64,000 bases of DNA from Cyanobacteriota bacterium. GTDB taxonomy: Bacteria > Cyanobacteriota > Cyanobacteriia > Thermostichales > Thermostichaceae. The position numbers were made by a program, and so were the translations under genes. Below the pieces are notes generated by a model. The model was not told where the DNA came from and did no database searches. It saw only the letters and a program-made list of their open reading frames with translations. Numbering within the stretch: the stretch's first letter is position 1; each line of letters begins with the position of its first letter. Shown here piece after piece: positions 30,039 to 40,245 of this stretch. The stretch is taken from positions 1 to 64,000 of the forward strand of contig JANRIL010000031.1 of assembly GCA_033764955.1 (NCBI GenBank). Reading direction: 5' to 3'.

Positions 30039-31409
30039 TTGCAAATACAGGTTTTAGGGCTGGGATCCGCCGGAGAGGCTGCCGCGCAGTTGTTGGCGGC
30101 TCAGCAGCACCAGGTGATCGTACTAGATGAACAGGATTCCCCACTTTTGCAGCGGCGACTGGCCGGCCTGCAAGGAGTAAGCGGGATATTGGGAGAACCC
30201 TTTGCCCTGCTGCCGGAGACCAAACGGGTTGTGGTTAGCCCAGGCATCCGTTGGCAGCATCCGGTGCTAGAACTGGCTCGCACCCAAGGGATTGAGGTGA
30301 TGGGGGAGGCCGAACTGGCTTGGCGCCACCTAGATCATTTGCCCTGGGTGGGAATCACCGGCACCAACGGCAAAACCACCACCACGGCATTGATTGCCGC
30401 TATGTTTGCCGCGGCGGGGTGGCAGGCTCCCGCCTGTGGCAATATTGGTCTGCCCCTTTGTCGAGTAGCCAAAGAAACTCTGCAAGGTCACCGCCAGCCA
30501 GATTGGATTGTGGCCGAACTGAGTAGCTATCAACTGGAGGCTTCCAGCCGTCTGGGGCAGAGAGAGAGGGATCCCTTAGGCATTGGAGTATGGACGACCT
30601 TTACCCCCGATCATCTGGAGCGGCACGGAACCTTGGAAAATTATGCGGCGATCAAAGCTCGTCTGCTGGATTGTGTGGGGCTACGGGTTATCAACGGCGA
30701 TGATGCCTATTTACAGGGGCGATGCCGGGATTGGCCCAACACCCTCTGGACGTCCATCCATAGCGGTGATGCTCCGGTTCGTCTAGCCGGAGGGAACTTG
30801 TGGATCGAGTCCAAGTGTTTAGGTTCGATTGCTCCCTTTGCACAGAAGATGCCTGGGCAGCACAATCAACAAAATCTGCTGATGGCGGCGGCAGTGGCTC
30901 ATCTGGCCAGTTTGCCGGATCAAGCCATCCAAACAGTGATTCACGAGTTTGCGGGCGTTCCCCACCGCTTGGAAACAGTGCGCGTCCAGGCTCATATCCG
31001 CTGGATCAACGATAGCAAAGCCACCAACTATGATGCGGCTGAAGTGGGGCTGGCGGCGGTTGCCCCACCCATCCTTCTGATTGCTGGCGGGCAGGCCAAA
31101 CAGGGGGATGACCGGGCTTGGCTGGCGCTGATTCGAGAAAAAGTGGCTTTTGTTTATTTGATCGGAGAAGCTGCCCCTCGCTTTGCTCGCCGTCTAGAGG
31201 AGATCCACTATACTAGCTACCAGATTGCCCACACACTAGATGTGGCGGTTAGCTTAGCTCATCAGCAGGCCAAAACACTTCAGGGATCCGTTTCTTCGCA
31301 ACCGATCACGGTGTTGTTTTCTCCGGCCTGTGCCAGTTTCGATCAATTTTCTAACTTTGAACACCGTGGCGACGTCTTCCGTCAATGCTGTTATCAATTG
31401 GTCGAGTGA
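30039..31409 (+). CDS. murD: UDP-N-acetylmuramoyl-L-alanine:D-glutamate ligase
   Basis: GITGTNGKTTTT, ELSSYQLE, PDHLERH, NDSKATN, SPACASFDQF. Confidence 0.96.
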   Translation: MQIQVLGLGSAGEAAAQLLAAQQHQVIVLDEQDSPLLQRRLAGLQGVSGILGEPFALLPETKRVVVSPGIRWQHPVLELARTQGIEVMGEAELAWRHLDHLPWVGITGTNGKTTTTALIAAMFAAAGWQAPACGNIGLPLCRVAKETLQGHRQPDWIVAELSSYQLEASSRLGQRERDPLGIGVWTTFTPDHLERHGTLENYAAIKARLLDCVGLRVINGDDAYLQGRCRDWPNTLWTSIHSGDAPVRLAGGNLWIESKCLGSIAPFAQKMPGQHNQQNLLMAAAVAHLASLPDQAIQTVIHEFAGVPHRLETVRVQAHIRWINDSKATNYDAAEVGLAAVAPPILLIAGGQAKQGDDRAWLALIREKVAFVYLIGEAAPRFARRLEEIHYTSYQIAHTLDVAVSLAHQQAKTLQGSVSSQPITVLFSPACASFDQFSNFEHRGDVFRQCCYQLVE

Positions 31410-32496
31410 GGCTCGCCTGCTGCGCTGGCTGACCATGCTGTGGGTAGCGGTGGGCTTAGTTATGCTCTTTTCGGCTTCTTATCCGATTGCCCAAGAATCC
31501 ACCGGAGACGGACTGTATTTTGTCAAGCGGCAGGCACTCTGGATAGGCTTGGGAACGGGAGCCTTTAGCTTGCTGGTACGACTCCCGACCCGTGTTTGGT
31601 GGCGTCTGGCTGGACTCTTGTGTTTGATCAGTATCCTCACCGTCTGGGCCACCCACATCCCTGCTATCGGTGTGGAACGGCTGGAGGCAACCCGCTGGTT
31701 GAGCTTAGGGCCGATTTCGGTGCAACCCTCTGAGTTTCTCAAGCCCCTCTTGGTGCTTCAGGGATCCCTCTTGTTTGGCCGTTGGTATCACCACTCCCTC
31801 CTCTACCGCTGTGGCTGGCTGGCCATCTTTGCCCTCGGCTTGTTGGGGATCCTCACCCAGCCCAATCTGGGCACCACCGCGATCTGCGGCTTAACGCTCT
31901 GGGTGATGGCTTGGACGGCGGGCTTGCCGATCGGGAGTCTTGTGGGCAGTGCCCTGTTAGGGTTACTGATGGCGGTTGCCAGCATCCTGACTAAGGACTA
32001 TCAACGGCGGCGGGTGATGGCGTTTTTGGATCCCTGGGCCAGCGCGCAAGGGGATGGCTATCAACTGATTCAAAGCCTGATGGCGATTGGTTCGGGTGGG
32101 GTGTGGGGACAAGGGTTTGGCCTTTCTCAACAAAAACTCTTTTATTTGCCGATTACCTACACCGATTTCATCTTTTCTGTGTTTGCTGAGGAGTTTGGTC
32201 TGATCGGATCCCTACTCTTTTTGGCTTTGTTGACCGCCTATACGCTACTGGGGCTACGGGTCATGTTGCTCAGCCATGAGATGACCCACCGTCTGATCGT
32301 CTGTGGATCCCTGGGCTTTCTGGTGGGGCAGTCGATTCTCAACTTAGGGGTGGTGAGTGGCGCGTTGCCTACTACCGGTGTTCCTTTGCCCCTCTTTAGT
32401 TATGGAGGCAGTTCGGTGTTATCGGGGATGATAACGGCAGGATTATTGGTGCGGGTGGCTAGGGAAGTGGGGGGATCCAATGGCGCTAATCGGTGA
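31366..32496 (+). CDS. ftsW: Cell division SEDS protein FtsW
   Basis: EARLLRWLT, QPSEFLK, QPNLGT, GYQLIQS, TDFIFS, SYGGSS; follows murD; start uncertain. Confidence 0.9.
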   Translation: MATSSVNAVINWSSEARLLRWLTMLWVAVGLVMLFSASYPIAQESTGDGLYFVKRQALWIGLGTGAFSLLVRLPTRVWWRLAGLLCLISILTVWATHIPAIGVERLEATRWLSLGPISVQPSEFLKPLLVLQGSLLFGRWYHHSLLYRCGWLAIFALGLLGILTQPNLGTTAICGLTLWVMAWTAGLPIGSLVGSALLGLLMAVASILTKDYQRRRVMAFLDPWASAQGDGYQLIQSLMAIGSGGVWGQGFGLSQQKLFYLPITYTDFIFSVFAEEFGLIGSLLFLALLTAYTLLGLRVMLLSHEMTHRLIVCGSLGFLVGQSILNLGVVSGALPTTGVPLPLFSYGGSSVLSGMITAGLLVRVAREVGGSNGANR

Positions 32497-33508
32497 CGGC
32501 GCGGGAGGAACGCTGTTGTAGGGGGTTGAGATCGCTTTCATCAAAGATGTCTCCCACCAATTCCTCCAGAAGATCTTCTAGCGTAATCAGCCCTGTTGTG
32601 CCGCCAAATTCATCTACCACAATCGCCATGTGCTGACGGGAGCGCAGCATGTCTTTGAGGAGAGGGCCAATTCGTTTAGTGGCAGGGACGAAGACAGGTG
32701 GGCGCATGACGGCATCGATTTGATCATTTCCTTTTTCCTCCAGATGGCGGAGAGCCTGCTTGAGATGAATGATCCCAACAATCTCGTCTTTAGAATCTGC
32801 CTGCACCGGGATCCGTGAATACCCCGTGGCTAAGCACAAATCCACCACATCCCGCAGGGTTTTGCTGTGGAGAGTTGTTTCCATCTTCACCCGTGGCTTG
32901 GCGACATCTTTGGCCATCACCTGATCAAGGGAGAGTGCCCCCCGAAACAGGCGGCGCTTTTGCCAATCGAGTAAGCCCCGTTGTCCTAACATATCGATCA
33001 GGGTCTCGAGATCTTGCAGCGAGGCTCCTGCGGTGAGAGGGTTGACCTGTAACCCGCGATAAATTTGGGTGAGCACCCATTCAAAAGCCAACACGACCGG
33101 ATAGAGTAATCGCGACAGCCAATACACCGGTCGAATCAATAGCATAAACACCCGCAAGGGATGGCTAAAGGCCAAAGACTTAGGGGTTACTTCCCCAAAC
33201 AGCAAGATAAGGATGGTTGTGGGGACGGTGGCGATCAGCCCTCCCAACTCTTGACCCAACAACTGGATAAACAAGGTCGTGGTCAGTGCCGCCGATCCAA
33301 TATTGACCAAGTTGTTTCCCAGCAACAGGGTGGTGATGAAGCGAGAGCGGTGTTGTTGCACCAAGCGATAAATCCCTTGGGGATCCCCAGTTTCGGCAAT
33401 CAAGGCTTCTAGGCGCAGGTTATCTAGGGCGGTAATAGCGGTTTCGGCGGCGGAAAAGGCAGCGGAAAAAGCCAACAACACCACTAACAAAAGGGTCATG
33501 CCTATCAT
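32486..33508 (-). CDS. Hemolysin/CNNM family protein with CBS pair
   Basis: FSAAETAI, LLGNNLVN, GEVTPK, GYSRIPV, VVDEFGGTTGLITLED. Confidence 0.9.
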   Translation of the reverse strand: MIGMTLLLVVLLAFSAAFSAAETAITALDNLRLEALIAETGDPQGIYRLVQQHRSRFITTLLLGNNLVNIGSAALTTTLFIQLLGQELGGLIATVPTTILILLFGEVTPKSLAFSHPLRVFMLLIRPVYWLSRLLYPVVLAFEWVLTQIYRGLQVNPLTAGASLQDLETLIDMLGQRGLLDWQKRRLFRGALSLDQVMAKDVAKPRVKMETTLHSKTLRDVVDLCLATGYSRIPVQADSKDEIVGIIHLKQALRHLEEKGNDQIDAVMRPPVFVPATKRIGPLLKDMLRSRQHMAIVVDEFGGTTGLITLEDLLEELVGDIFDESDLNPLQQRSSRAVTD

Positions 33509-33615
33509 CGGGGATCCTTAGTACAGAGAATGGAGATAGCAGCGGGGGGATAGGACCTCTTTCCTCCTTGCTCTTGATATAGGGACACCCATCTCCCACG
33601 CTGGAGAAGCAAAGG

Positions 33616-34239
33616 TTAAGAGATCAGTGTTTGCCAAAACCAATCCATCATCTGCTTCAACATCTGTACACCAAACACCGCCATGAGTGCTAATAAGGCT
33701 GTAATCAGCAGGGTAAATCCGTAGCAAACCATCATCAACAACCCATCTGCCTCCAGCATGGCAACCGACAACACCAAGATGCCTGTGGTGGGGATGGGAT
33801 TGGTGGCCGGGATCGGCAGCATGAGCAGGATGGTCAACCAAACCAGGACGACCCCATTCAACTGCCAAACCCGAGGATGGTTCGCCCAGCCAGCCCAACG
33901 GGGTCGAGCTAACCGTTCCAAGATTTTGCTAACCCAACTCATCAACTGCAAGAGGCGCACCGCCAGCGCCGAGGGGAAAGGCATCCGGGCTACTTTGGCG
34001 GGCAACCAGGGCTGTTGTCGTCCTAAAGCAATCTGACCGCTCAACAGCAGCGAGGCGGATCCCAAAATAGAGGTCAAACCGGGAATGGGGGCAGGAATTA
34101 AAAATGGCAGAGCCAAAAGAGCAATCAACAAGCTAAATCCCCGCTCAGAGGTGCGCTCTAAAATATCCCCCAGAGTGAGGGGACGCTCAGCCAGCTCATC
34201 GAGCAGAGCATGAATGTCTTGCGAAAATCGCAGTTGCAT
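33616..34239 (-). CDS. ExoD family exopolysaccharide biosynthesis protein
   Basis: RFSQDI, ERGFSLL, ALPF, PWLP, LPIPATNPIP, DG motifs. Confidence 0.85.
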   Translation of the reverse strand: MQLRFSQDIHALLDELAERPLTLGDILERTSERGFSLLIALLALPFLIPAPIPGLTSILGSASLLLSGQIALGRQQPWLPAKVARMPFPSALAVRLLQLMSWVSKILERLARPRWAGWANHPRVWQLNGVVLVWLTILLMLPIPATNPIPTTGILVLSVAMLEADGLLMMVCYGFTLLITALLALMAVFGVQMLKQMMDWFWQTLIS

Positions 34240-34521
34240 AGTGTTTCCTAAGCTGTCTGAGGGATCCCGTCTTTTGATCGAGCAAGGCTCAACCTCTCTC
34301 AATCCGTGAGAGCAAAACCTTGTCGCTGTCATTTTATGCTGATCGCCACTATAGCCCTGCCACAAGATTCACAAGTCATTTCCCAGATCATACAGACTGG
34401 CATCCCCGACGCTCCCGAAGCCTAGGGCAGTCGCAGTTGCTGGGGATCCCTTTTACCCCCCTCCTCACCTCGGTTAGAGTAAAGTGACAAGATTTCTTCT
34501 CCCTCAACCTTGGTGGCTGGC

Positions 34522-37500
34522 ATGACCCATCCTTTTCTGCGCCGTTTGCAGGAACATGTGCTGGTTTTTGATGGTGCGATGGGCACGTCCATCCAGGCTC
34601 AGGGTCTGACCGCAGCAGACTTTGGGGGACCCGATCTAGAGTATTGCAACGAATATTTGGTGATCTCAAAACCCGAGGCTATCGAAAAGGTTCATGCCTC
34701 CTTTTTGGAAGTCGGGGCAGATGTGATCGAAACCGATACCTTTGGAGCCACCTCGATTGTCTTGGCGGAGTTTGGTATCGCCGATCAAGCCTACGGAGTG
34801 AATGTGGCGGCGGCTCAGTTGGCCAAACGGGTGGCGGCTCGCTATTCCACCCCCACTCACCCCCGATTTGTGGCGGGATCCATCGGCCCTGGCACCAAAT
34901 TGCCCTCCTTGGGTCACATCACCTACGATGCCATGAAACTCTCCTACCGCACGCAGGTGGAGGGGTTGATCGCCGGTGGAGTGGATTTGCTGATTGTGGA
35001 AACCTGCCAGGATGTGTTGCAAATAAAAGCAGCATTGGGGGCAATTCAGGAGGTTTTTCATACCCGTAAGCTGCGCCTGCCTGTGGTGGTTTCCCTCACC
35101 TTTGAGGTGCAGGGCACGATGCTGGTGGGATCCGAAATTGGGGCGGCGCTGGCGATTTTGGAACCCTTTCCCATTGATGTGTTGGGACTTAATTGTGCGA
35201 CAGGTCCCGACAAAATGACGGAGCATATCCGCTATTTATCCAAACATTCCCCCTTTGCCATTTCCTGCATCCCCAACGCGGGTCTACCAGAAAACCTGGG
35301 CGGACAAGCCCACTACAAACTCACCCCTGAGCAAATGCGCTTCCATCTGCAACACTTTGTGCAGGATTTAGGGGTATCGATTGTCGGCGGCTGCTGTGGC
35401 ACCCGCCCTGACCATATCCGTGCCCTCGTGGAGGCGGTGGGATCCCTCAAACCTAAGCCCCGCTCCCTAGAGCCAATTCCGGCGGCGGCCTCGTTATTTG
35501 CTCCCCAACCCTATCACCAAGACAACTCCTTTTTGATTGTGGGGGAGCGGGTCAACGCCAGTGGTTCCAAAAAAATGCGGGATCTCCTCAATGCCGAAAA
35601 CTGGGATGGCCTGGTGGCGCTTGCCCGTGAGCAGGAGCGGGAGGGATCCCACATTTTGGATGTGAACGTGGACTATGTGGGACGGGACGGTGTGCAGGAT
35701 ATGCGCCAACTGGTGGCACGGTTGGTGGGGATGATTCGCATTCCCCTAATGCTAGATTCAACGGAATGGCAAAAGATGGAGGCTGGCCTCAAATTAGCGG
35801 GCGGCAAATGTTTGCTCAATTCCACCAACTATGAAGATGGGGAAGAACGATTTTTGAAGGTACTGGAGTTAGCCAAAACCTACGGAGCCGGAGTGGTGAT
35901 CGGTACCATCGACGAAGAGGGTATGGCGCGCACAGCTCAGAAAAAACTTGCCATTGCCGAGCGAGCCTATCGTCAAGCATTGGAATATGGGATCCCGGCC
36001 TACGAACTCTTTTTTGATCCCCTAGCTCTGCCCATTTCCACAGGCATTGAAGAGGATCGAGCCAACGGATTTGCCACCCTTCAGGCTATTCAGCAGATCC
36101 GTACCCAGATGCCCGACTGCCATATCATTTTGGGAATTTCTAATGTTTCCTTTGGCTTGAGTGCGGCGGCGCGGGTTGTCCTCAATTCGATGTTTCTGCA
36201 TGAGGCGCGTGCCGCCGGATTAGACAGTGCGATTGTCAGTGCCAGCAAGATTTTGCCCTTGAGTAAAATTGCACCCGATCATCAACGGATCTGCCAAGAT
36301 TTAATTTTTGATCGCCGACAATTTGATGCTCAGGGAATTTGCACCTATGATCCCCTCACCGAATTAACCCGTCTGTTTGAAGGGGTGAGTGCCAAAACAA
36401 CAGGTGGTGTGGATGAATCCTTACCTCTGGAAGCACGGCTAAAACAACACATTATTGATGGGGAACGGATTGGGTTAGAAGCCCAACTAAAAAAAGCACT
36501 GGAGTTGTATCCTCCCCTTGAAATTATCAACACCTTTTTGCTAGATGGTATGAAGGAAGTGGGGGAATTATTTGGCTCAGGACAAATGCAACTTCCCTTT
36601 GTCTTGCAGTCGGCAGAAACTATGAAAGCCGCTGTTGCTTTTTTGCAACCCTTCATGGAAAAAACAGAGGGATCCCACAGCAAAGGAACGGTGGTGATCG
36701 CCACGGTAAAAGGAGATGTGCATGATATTGGCAAAAATTTGGTAGATATTATTCTTTCCAACAATGGCTATCGAGTGATCAATTTGGGTATCAAACAGTC
36801 GGTGGAGTCCATTATTGACGCCTATCAAGCCCATCAAGCCGATTGTGTAGCGATGAGTGGTTTGCTGGTCAAATCCACCGCTTTTATGAAGGAAAATCTT
36901 GAGGTTTTTAATGAGCGAGGGATCCGTGTACCGGTCATTTTGGGAGGGGCTGCCCTGACCCGCCGTTTTGTGGAGGAGGACTGTCAACATACCTATCACG
37001 GACGGGTGATTTATGGGCGAGATGCCTTTGCGGATCTGCATTTTCTTGACCAGCTTATGCCCGCCAAAGCAGCAGGGTTATGGGATGATCAACAGGGATT
37101 TTTGACATCCTCAACGGCTCCCGTCAGCGAGCCAATCGCTAGCAATGGGATCCCGAAACATGCCCTAGCTACTCCCCCCTCCCCTCTTGCCCCTCCGCCT
37201 GTGCATCCGGTGGCTGTCGATCCCGTCATCGATACGGGGCGTTCGCCAGCCGTGGATCCGGATATTGAGCGTCCTATCCCGCCCTTTTGGGGATCCAAAC
37301 TCTTAGCCGCCGATCAGATCCCTTGGTCGGAGGTTTTTGCCTACATTGACAAACAGGCTTTGGTGGCGGGTCAATGGCAGATTCGCAAGCCCCGTGACCA
37401 ATCTGCCGAGGAATTTGCCGACTTTATTCGCCAGCAGATCGATCCAGTTATCGAACGGTGGAAAACGCGCATTCTGGAGGAAAATCTCCTCAATCCGCAG

Positions 37501-38184
37501 GTGGTTTACGGCTACTTTCCCTGTCAGGCGGAGGGCAATCAAGTCATTCTTTATCAGCCCGCCAGCTTTCCCGAACTTTTTGGCTGGGATCCCTCAGAGA
37601 CGATTTTTTATCAGCTTCCCACCCACCACCGCCTAGCGCCCCACCCTTCCCTGGCGGAAGCGGCTCGTTTTACTTTTCCCCGGCAAACCTCTTTGCAACG
37701 GCTATGTATCGCTGACTTTTATGCCGAGAAGCAAAGCGGCGTGATCGACGTTTTTCCCATGCAGGCGGTGACAGTAGGATCCCAGGCCACAACCTTTGCC
37801 CAACAGCTATTTGCCGATAACCAATACACCGACTATCTCTACTTTCATGGCATGGCGGTGACGCTGGCGGAGGCGTTGGCGGAGTGGACTCATGCCCGGA
37901 TTCGCCGCGAGTTGGGTTTTGCCGCCGAAGACAGCTCGGATATGCGGCGCATTTTGCACCAAGACTATCGCGGATCCCGCTATAGCTTTGGCTATCCCGC
38001 CTGCCCCCATATCCCCGATCAACGCATCCTCTTGGCTTTGTTGGGTACCGAACGGATCGGCTTGCAGATGGATGAAAGCGATCAGTTGGATCCCGAACAA
38101 TCCACCACTGCCCTTGTGGCCTACCATCCGGCGGCGCGTTACTTCAGTGTGCGGACGGACAAGTCTCCAGAACAGCCGGAATAG
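34522..38184 (+). CDS. metH: B12-dependent methionine synthase
   Basis: [40 protein letters not shown]. Confidence 0.98.
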   Translation: MTHPFLRRLQEHVLVFDGAMGTSIQAQGLTAADFGGPDLEYCNEYLVISKPEAIEKVHASFLEVGADVIETDTFGATSIVLAEFGIADQAYGVNVAAAQLAKRVAARYSTPTHPRFVAGSIGPGTKLPSLGHITYDAMKLSYRTQVEGLIAGGVDLLIVETCQDVLQIKAALGAIQEVFHTRKLRLPVVVSLTFEVQGTMLVGSEIGAALAILEPFPIDVLGLNCATGPDKMTEHIRYLSKHSPFAISCIPNAGLPENLGGQAHYKLTPEQMRFHLQHFVQDLGVSIVGGCCGTRPDHIRALVEAVGSLKPKPRSLEPIPAAASLFAPQPYHQDNSFLIVGERVNASGSKKMRDLLNAENWDGLVALAREQEREGSHILDVNVDYVGRDGVQDMRQLVARLVGMIRIPLMLDSTEWQKMEAGLKLAGGKCLLNSTNYEDGEERFLKVLELAKTYGAGVVIGTIDEEGMARTAQKKLAIAERAYRQALEYGIPAYELFFDPLALPISTGIEEDRANGFATLQAIQQIRTQMPDCHIILGISNVSFGLSAAARVVLNSMFLHEARAAGLDSAIVSASKILPLSKIAPDHQRICQDLIFDRRQFDAQGICTYDPLTELTRLFEGVSAKTTGGVDESLPLEARLKQHIIDGERIGLEAQLKKALELYPPLEIINTFLLDGMKEVGELFGSGQMQLPFVLQSAETMKAAVAFLQPFMEKTEGSHSKGTVVIATVKGDVHDIGKNLVDIILSNNGYRVINLGIKQSVESIIDAYQAHQADCVAMSGLLVKSTAFMKENLEVFNERGIRVPVILGGAALTRRFVEEDCQHTYHGRVIYGRDAFADLHFLDQLMPAKAAGLWDDQQGFLTSSTAPVSEPIASNGIPKHALATPPSPLAPPPVHPVAVDPVIDTGRSPAVDPDIERPIPPFWGSKLLAADQIPWSEVFAYIDKQALVAGQWQIRKPRDQSAEEFADFIRQQIDPVIERWKTRILEENLLNPQVVYGYFPCQAEGNQVILYQPASFPELFGWDPSETIFYQLPTHHRLAPHPSLAEAARFTFPRQTSLQRLCIADFYAEKQSGVIDVFPMQAVTVGSQATTFAQQLFADNQYTDYLYFHGMAVTLAEALAEWTHARIRRELGFAAEDSSDMRRILHQDYRGSRYSFGYPACPHIPDQRILLALLGTERIGLQMDESDQLDPEQSTTALVAYHPAARYFSVRTDKSPEQPE

Positions 38185-38196
38185 ACCTCTTGACCG

Positions 38197-38940
38197 TTGG
38201 CAACATCCAGTTCGGACGCGACAGATTCCCCGGTAAGATACAGAGACAGGAGACCCAATCAGGGATCCCTCATATCTGGCGCAGCGAGGCTCCAACTGGT
38301 GCGAAAAGTTTGGCAAGAACCGTTTCTCTGGGTTCACCTGGCTGGTTTACTGGCCGTGCCCTTTTGGGTTGCCCTCACCCTGATCGGGTTAGCCACCTCC
38401 GATCCCTTGTTGCCGGTGGGGCTGGAGCGCCTGCTGGTAGGTTTGGCGGGAACGCTGCCCGTGGCGTGGATGCAGGCTAATCGTCCCTTCTACATTTTCA
38501 GCATCTTGGTGGTGGCTCTGGATCCCGCCCAGCTTTCTCTACAACGGCGACGCATCCTATCCGCCTTTTTGGGGTTTGAAGAGAAGCTTTTGGCTCTGCT
38601 GGTTTCCCTCCTCCTGTTACAACTCGCCGAACGGTTTTATCAGATTGCTCCCCTCTTTCAGTCCCTTAGCCCAATTCATCTGGGAGTGAGTTCGCGGTTG
38701 CTGGGGTTGCTGATCGCATCGGTTGGTTTTTGGGGACTCAATCTGTTTGTGCAAGTTCCGGTGGCTGTTTTGCGAATTTTGTTGTTGAGCGATCCCGAAT
38801 TTGAGCAACTTTCCCCCTTTGCCGTCGATCAAGTGGCAAACCAGTTCACCATTATTGGACAACAGCGCACAGATTTATGGGTGACAGGGGATGATCCTGT
38901 CCCCGAACCTCCCTCTAGCGAAGCCGAATCCTCAGGTTAG
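38197..38940 (+). CDS. Conserved cyanobacterial membrane protein (low-complexity tail family)
   Basis: EPFLWVHLAG, WMQ..RPFYIFS, NLFVQVP; acidic tail; start uncertain. Confidence 0.65.
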   Translation: MATSSSDATDSPVRYRDRRPNQGSLISGAARLQLVRKVWQEPFLWVHLAGLLAVPFWVALTLIGLATSDPLLPVGLERLLVGLAGTLPVAWMQANRPFYIFSILVVALDPAQLSLQRRRILSAFLGFEEKLLALLVSLLLLQLAERFYQIAPLFQSLSPIHLGVSSRLLGLLIASVGFWGLNLFVQVPVAVLRILLLSDPEFEQLSPFAVDQVANQFTIIGQQRTDLWVTGDDPVPEPPSSEAESSG

Positions 38941-39101
38941 CAGTCTCCTGAGAATTTATTTTTTGCCAACTCTTGGGCGTGAATCTTTTCGTTGATTGAG
39001 GGGTAGCCCAGGCCAAGCGGCGAGCCAGATGTTAGAGTGGGTTAACGGTCTTGCCTCACCCCCAGACCCACTCCAGCACGGGATCCCTCATCGCCACACC
39101 T

Positions 39102-39893
39102 ATGGTCAACAGCTTTTCGTCTCGCCTCAAGCTCTTTACCCAACGCCTGCGAGAAACCACCCAAATCCCTAACTTTTTTGCCGATCAATCCCCCAGCGAA
39201 AGCCAAAATTTAGCCAAAGAATTGGCGGAGGCAGGGGAATGTGTTTTGCAACTCAGTCAAGTGGTGATGGAGGTAGAAATCCTCAATCAATTGCATAGTC
39301 GACTGGTTTATGAACGGGAAGTTTTGCAGCAGGAAAAAACTGATTTAGAAACCCGTGTCTTTGAATTACAACAGGAACGCAGCGAAATTGAACCCCAGGT
39401 GATGTACCTGCGGGAGCAACTCAGTCAAGCCAGCATTCAACTGGAGCAAACCCAAAATCGTGAGCGCAACCTCAGTGATCGAGAACGGCAACTCACCGAA
39501 ATTGTTGCTCAATTGGAGCGGCGGCGGGCAGTCCTTAACCAAACCATCGAAAACCTGACAAACCAAGAGGCGGATTACACCGTTCGCACCAAAGAACTCA
39601 GCCAAATCGTAACTGAAAGTGACAAAAAGGCCAAACAATATATGGAGGCGGTCAACTCCTACAAAAGCTATCTGGAAGAACTTCAGGCTCAGGTGATTGA
39701 AGAACAAAGCAAATTGAAAGCGATGGGGGTTAACCCGTTGGAGCGATCCCTCCCCGATATCCCCACTCCCCCGCCCCCAGAAGCTCCGCCCCTGCCCCCC
39801 CGCCGTGCGGATCCTGCCCCCGCTTACCCCGCTTCGGGCAGCTATTGGGATGAACCCACCTCTTCCCCTTTCAGTGACAATCCCTGGGGTTAG
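39102..39893 (+). CDS. Coiled-coil protein with Pro-rich C-terminal tail
   Basis: Long Glu/Gln/Leu heptad region then PPPP linker. Confidence 0.7.
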   Translation: MVNSFSSRLKLFTQRLRETTQIPNFFADQSPSESQNLAKELAEAGECVLQLSQVVMEVEILNQLHSRLVYEREVLQQEKTDLETRVFELQQERSEIEPQVMYLREQLSQASIQLEQTQNRERNLSDRERQLTEIVAQLERRRAVLNQTIENLTNQEADYTVRTKELSQIVTESDKKAKQYMEAVNSYKSYLEELQAQVIEEQSKLKAMGVNPLERSLPDIPTPPPPEAPPLPPRRADPAPAYPASGSYWDEPTSSPFSDNPWG

Positions 39894-40026
39894 TCCTTCT
39901 CCGTGACTGGCTAGCCATGGCTGCAAACACTAGCCATTGCTGCAAACAACAGTGGGGCTTTCTCTTGTCCCTCTATGCCGCGGGGTTGCGTTTTCCTACA
40001 TTAGGATATGCGCTTCCAACGTTCTC

Positions 40027-40245
40027 ATGGCTGACTTAGGATCCCTGACCACATCAGACCGCCAACTGGTGGATTATGTGCGGCAACAACGAATGCTGCA
40101 TCCCAAGCAACTGGCGCTGGCTCTCAAAGTGCAACGACAAAACCAAGGCCCCCTTGACATGGTGTTGTGGCAACTGGGTTTCATTGAATTGCAGCAGTTG
40201 AATCAGTTTTGGGAATTTAGAAACCAGCGGGTCGAAGCATCCTAA
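40027..40245 (+). CDS. DUF2949 family protein
   Basis: PL.MVLWQ.GFI.L.QL motif. Confidence 0.7.
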   Translation: MADLGSLTTSDRQLVDYVRQQRMLHPKQLALALKVQRQNQGPLDMVLWQLGFIELQQLNQFWEFRNQRVEAS

